Origin: Laetmonice hystrix
Lineage: Eukaryota
Direction: 5' to 3'
Length of the DNA: 64,000 nt
NCBI GenBank assembly: GCA_965235115.1
Contig: OZ249436.1
Coordinates: forward strand, 20,708,001 to 20,772,000
Part shown: piece by piece, positions 63,592 through 64,000 of the stretch
Numbering within the stretch: position 1 is the stretch's first letter
Layout of the letters: each line of letters starts with the position of its first letter
The notes under the pieces: generated by a model
What the model was told of the DNA's origin: nothing
The model's database searches: none
Seen by the model: only the letters and a program-made list of their open reading frames with translations
Translations under genes and position numbers: made by a program

Positions 63592-64000
63592 CAGGGTGAT
63601 CCAGAAAAAAAGGATAGTATATTTCCAGCATTCAAGCACCGAAACTAAAATATTGAAAGAACTTTTATTATGAGGAATTACACCAAGATTGCCAAAATTG
63701 GATGAGAATTTCTACTTGACAGCCTTTTTTGAGAAACAAGTCGGGGCCAGTTGTCATCATCGACATCCTGAAGCTCTGAATAGCTCAGCAATCCATTACT
63801 GTATTCCACTGGGTGTGTCAAGAATCACAATTAGAGTATATATTGGCTGGATACCAAATCGAAAGATTTGGGGGATCAGAATAACAGAATGCTATTCCAC
63901 TTTTCTCGACCACTCTGTACACCAGAACCTACTGTACCTTGTCCCAACTCTTCTCCAGCTTTCACTTCAACATATGGAAATAAATACCGAGATGCCATGT
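63592..64000 (+). mobile_element. Left end of a Tc1/mariner-type element (runs off the window)
   Basis: TA|CAGGGTGATCCAGAAAAAAAGG, the same TIR style as the element at 40408. The right end is not in the window. Confidence 0.5.

Overview
Eukaryotic genomic DNA from an invertebrate animal, probably a spiralian/lophotrochozoan (inferred from repeat families and one protein domain; the species cannot be named). It contains three spliced protein-coding genes. (1) Minus strand: the first two coding exons (38952-39212, 38169-38238) of a type II transmembrane MACIT collagen (COL13/23/25, col-99 family) with a furin site. I found no further exon, so about 38 kb at the left of the window appears to be one very long intron, filled with unrelated minisatellites, MITEs and a SINE. 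(2) Plus strand: a divergently transcribed uncharacterised 810-aa protein (coding exons 50653-52446 and 52778-53416). It has a compact N-terminal orphan domain, a long disordered region with SUMO-interacting, SUMO-site and NLS motifs, and a last exon that may encode a tandem EthD-like alpha/beta barrel. (3) Minus strand: an 842-aa four-domain GH20 chitobiase/beta-N-acetylhexosaminidase in 7 exons (58788-63232). The 8-kb interval between the divergent genes is a stack of nested DNA transposons with a very strong enrichment of the palindrome TAGGCCTA. There are no CRISPR arrays, rRNA genes or credible tRNA genes. All boundaries and counts were read by eye and nothing was searched against a database.
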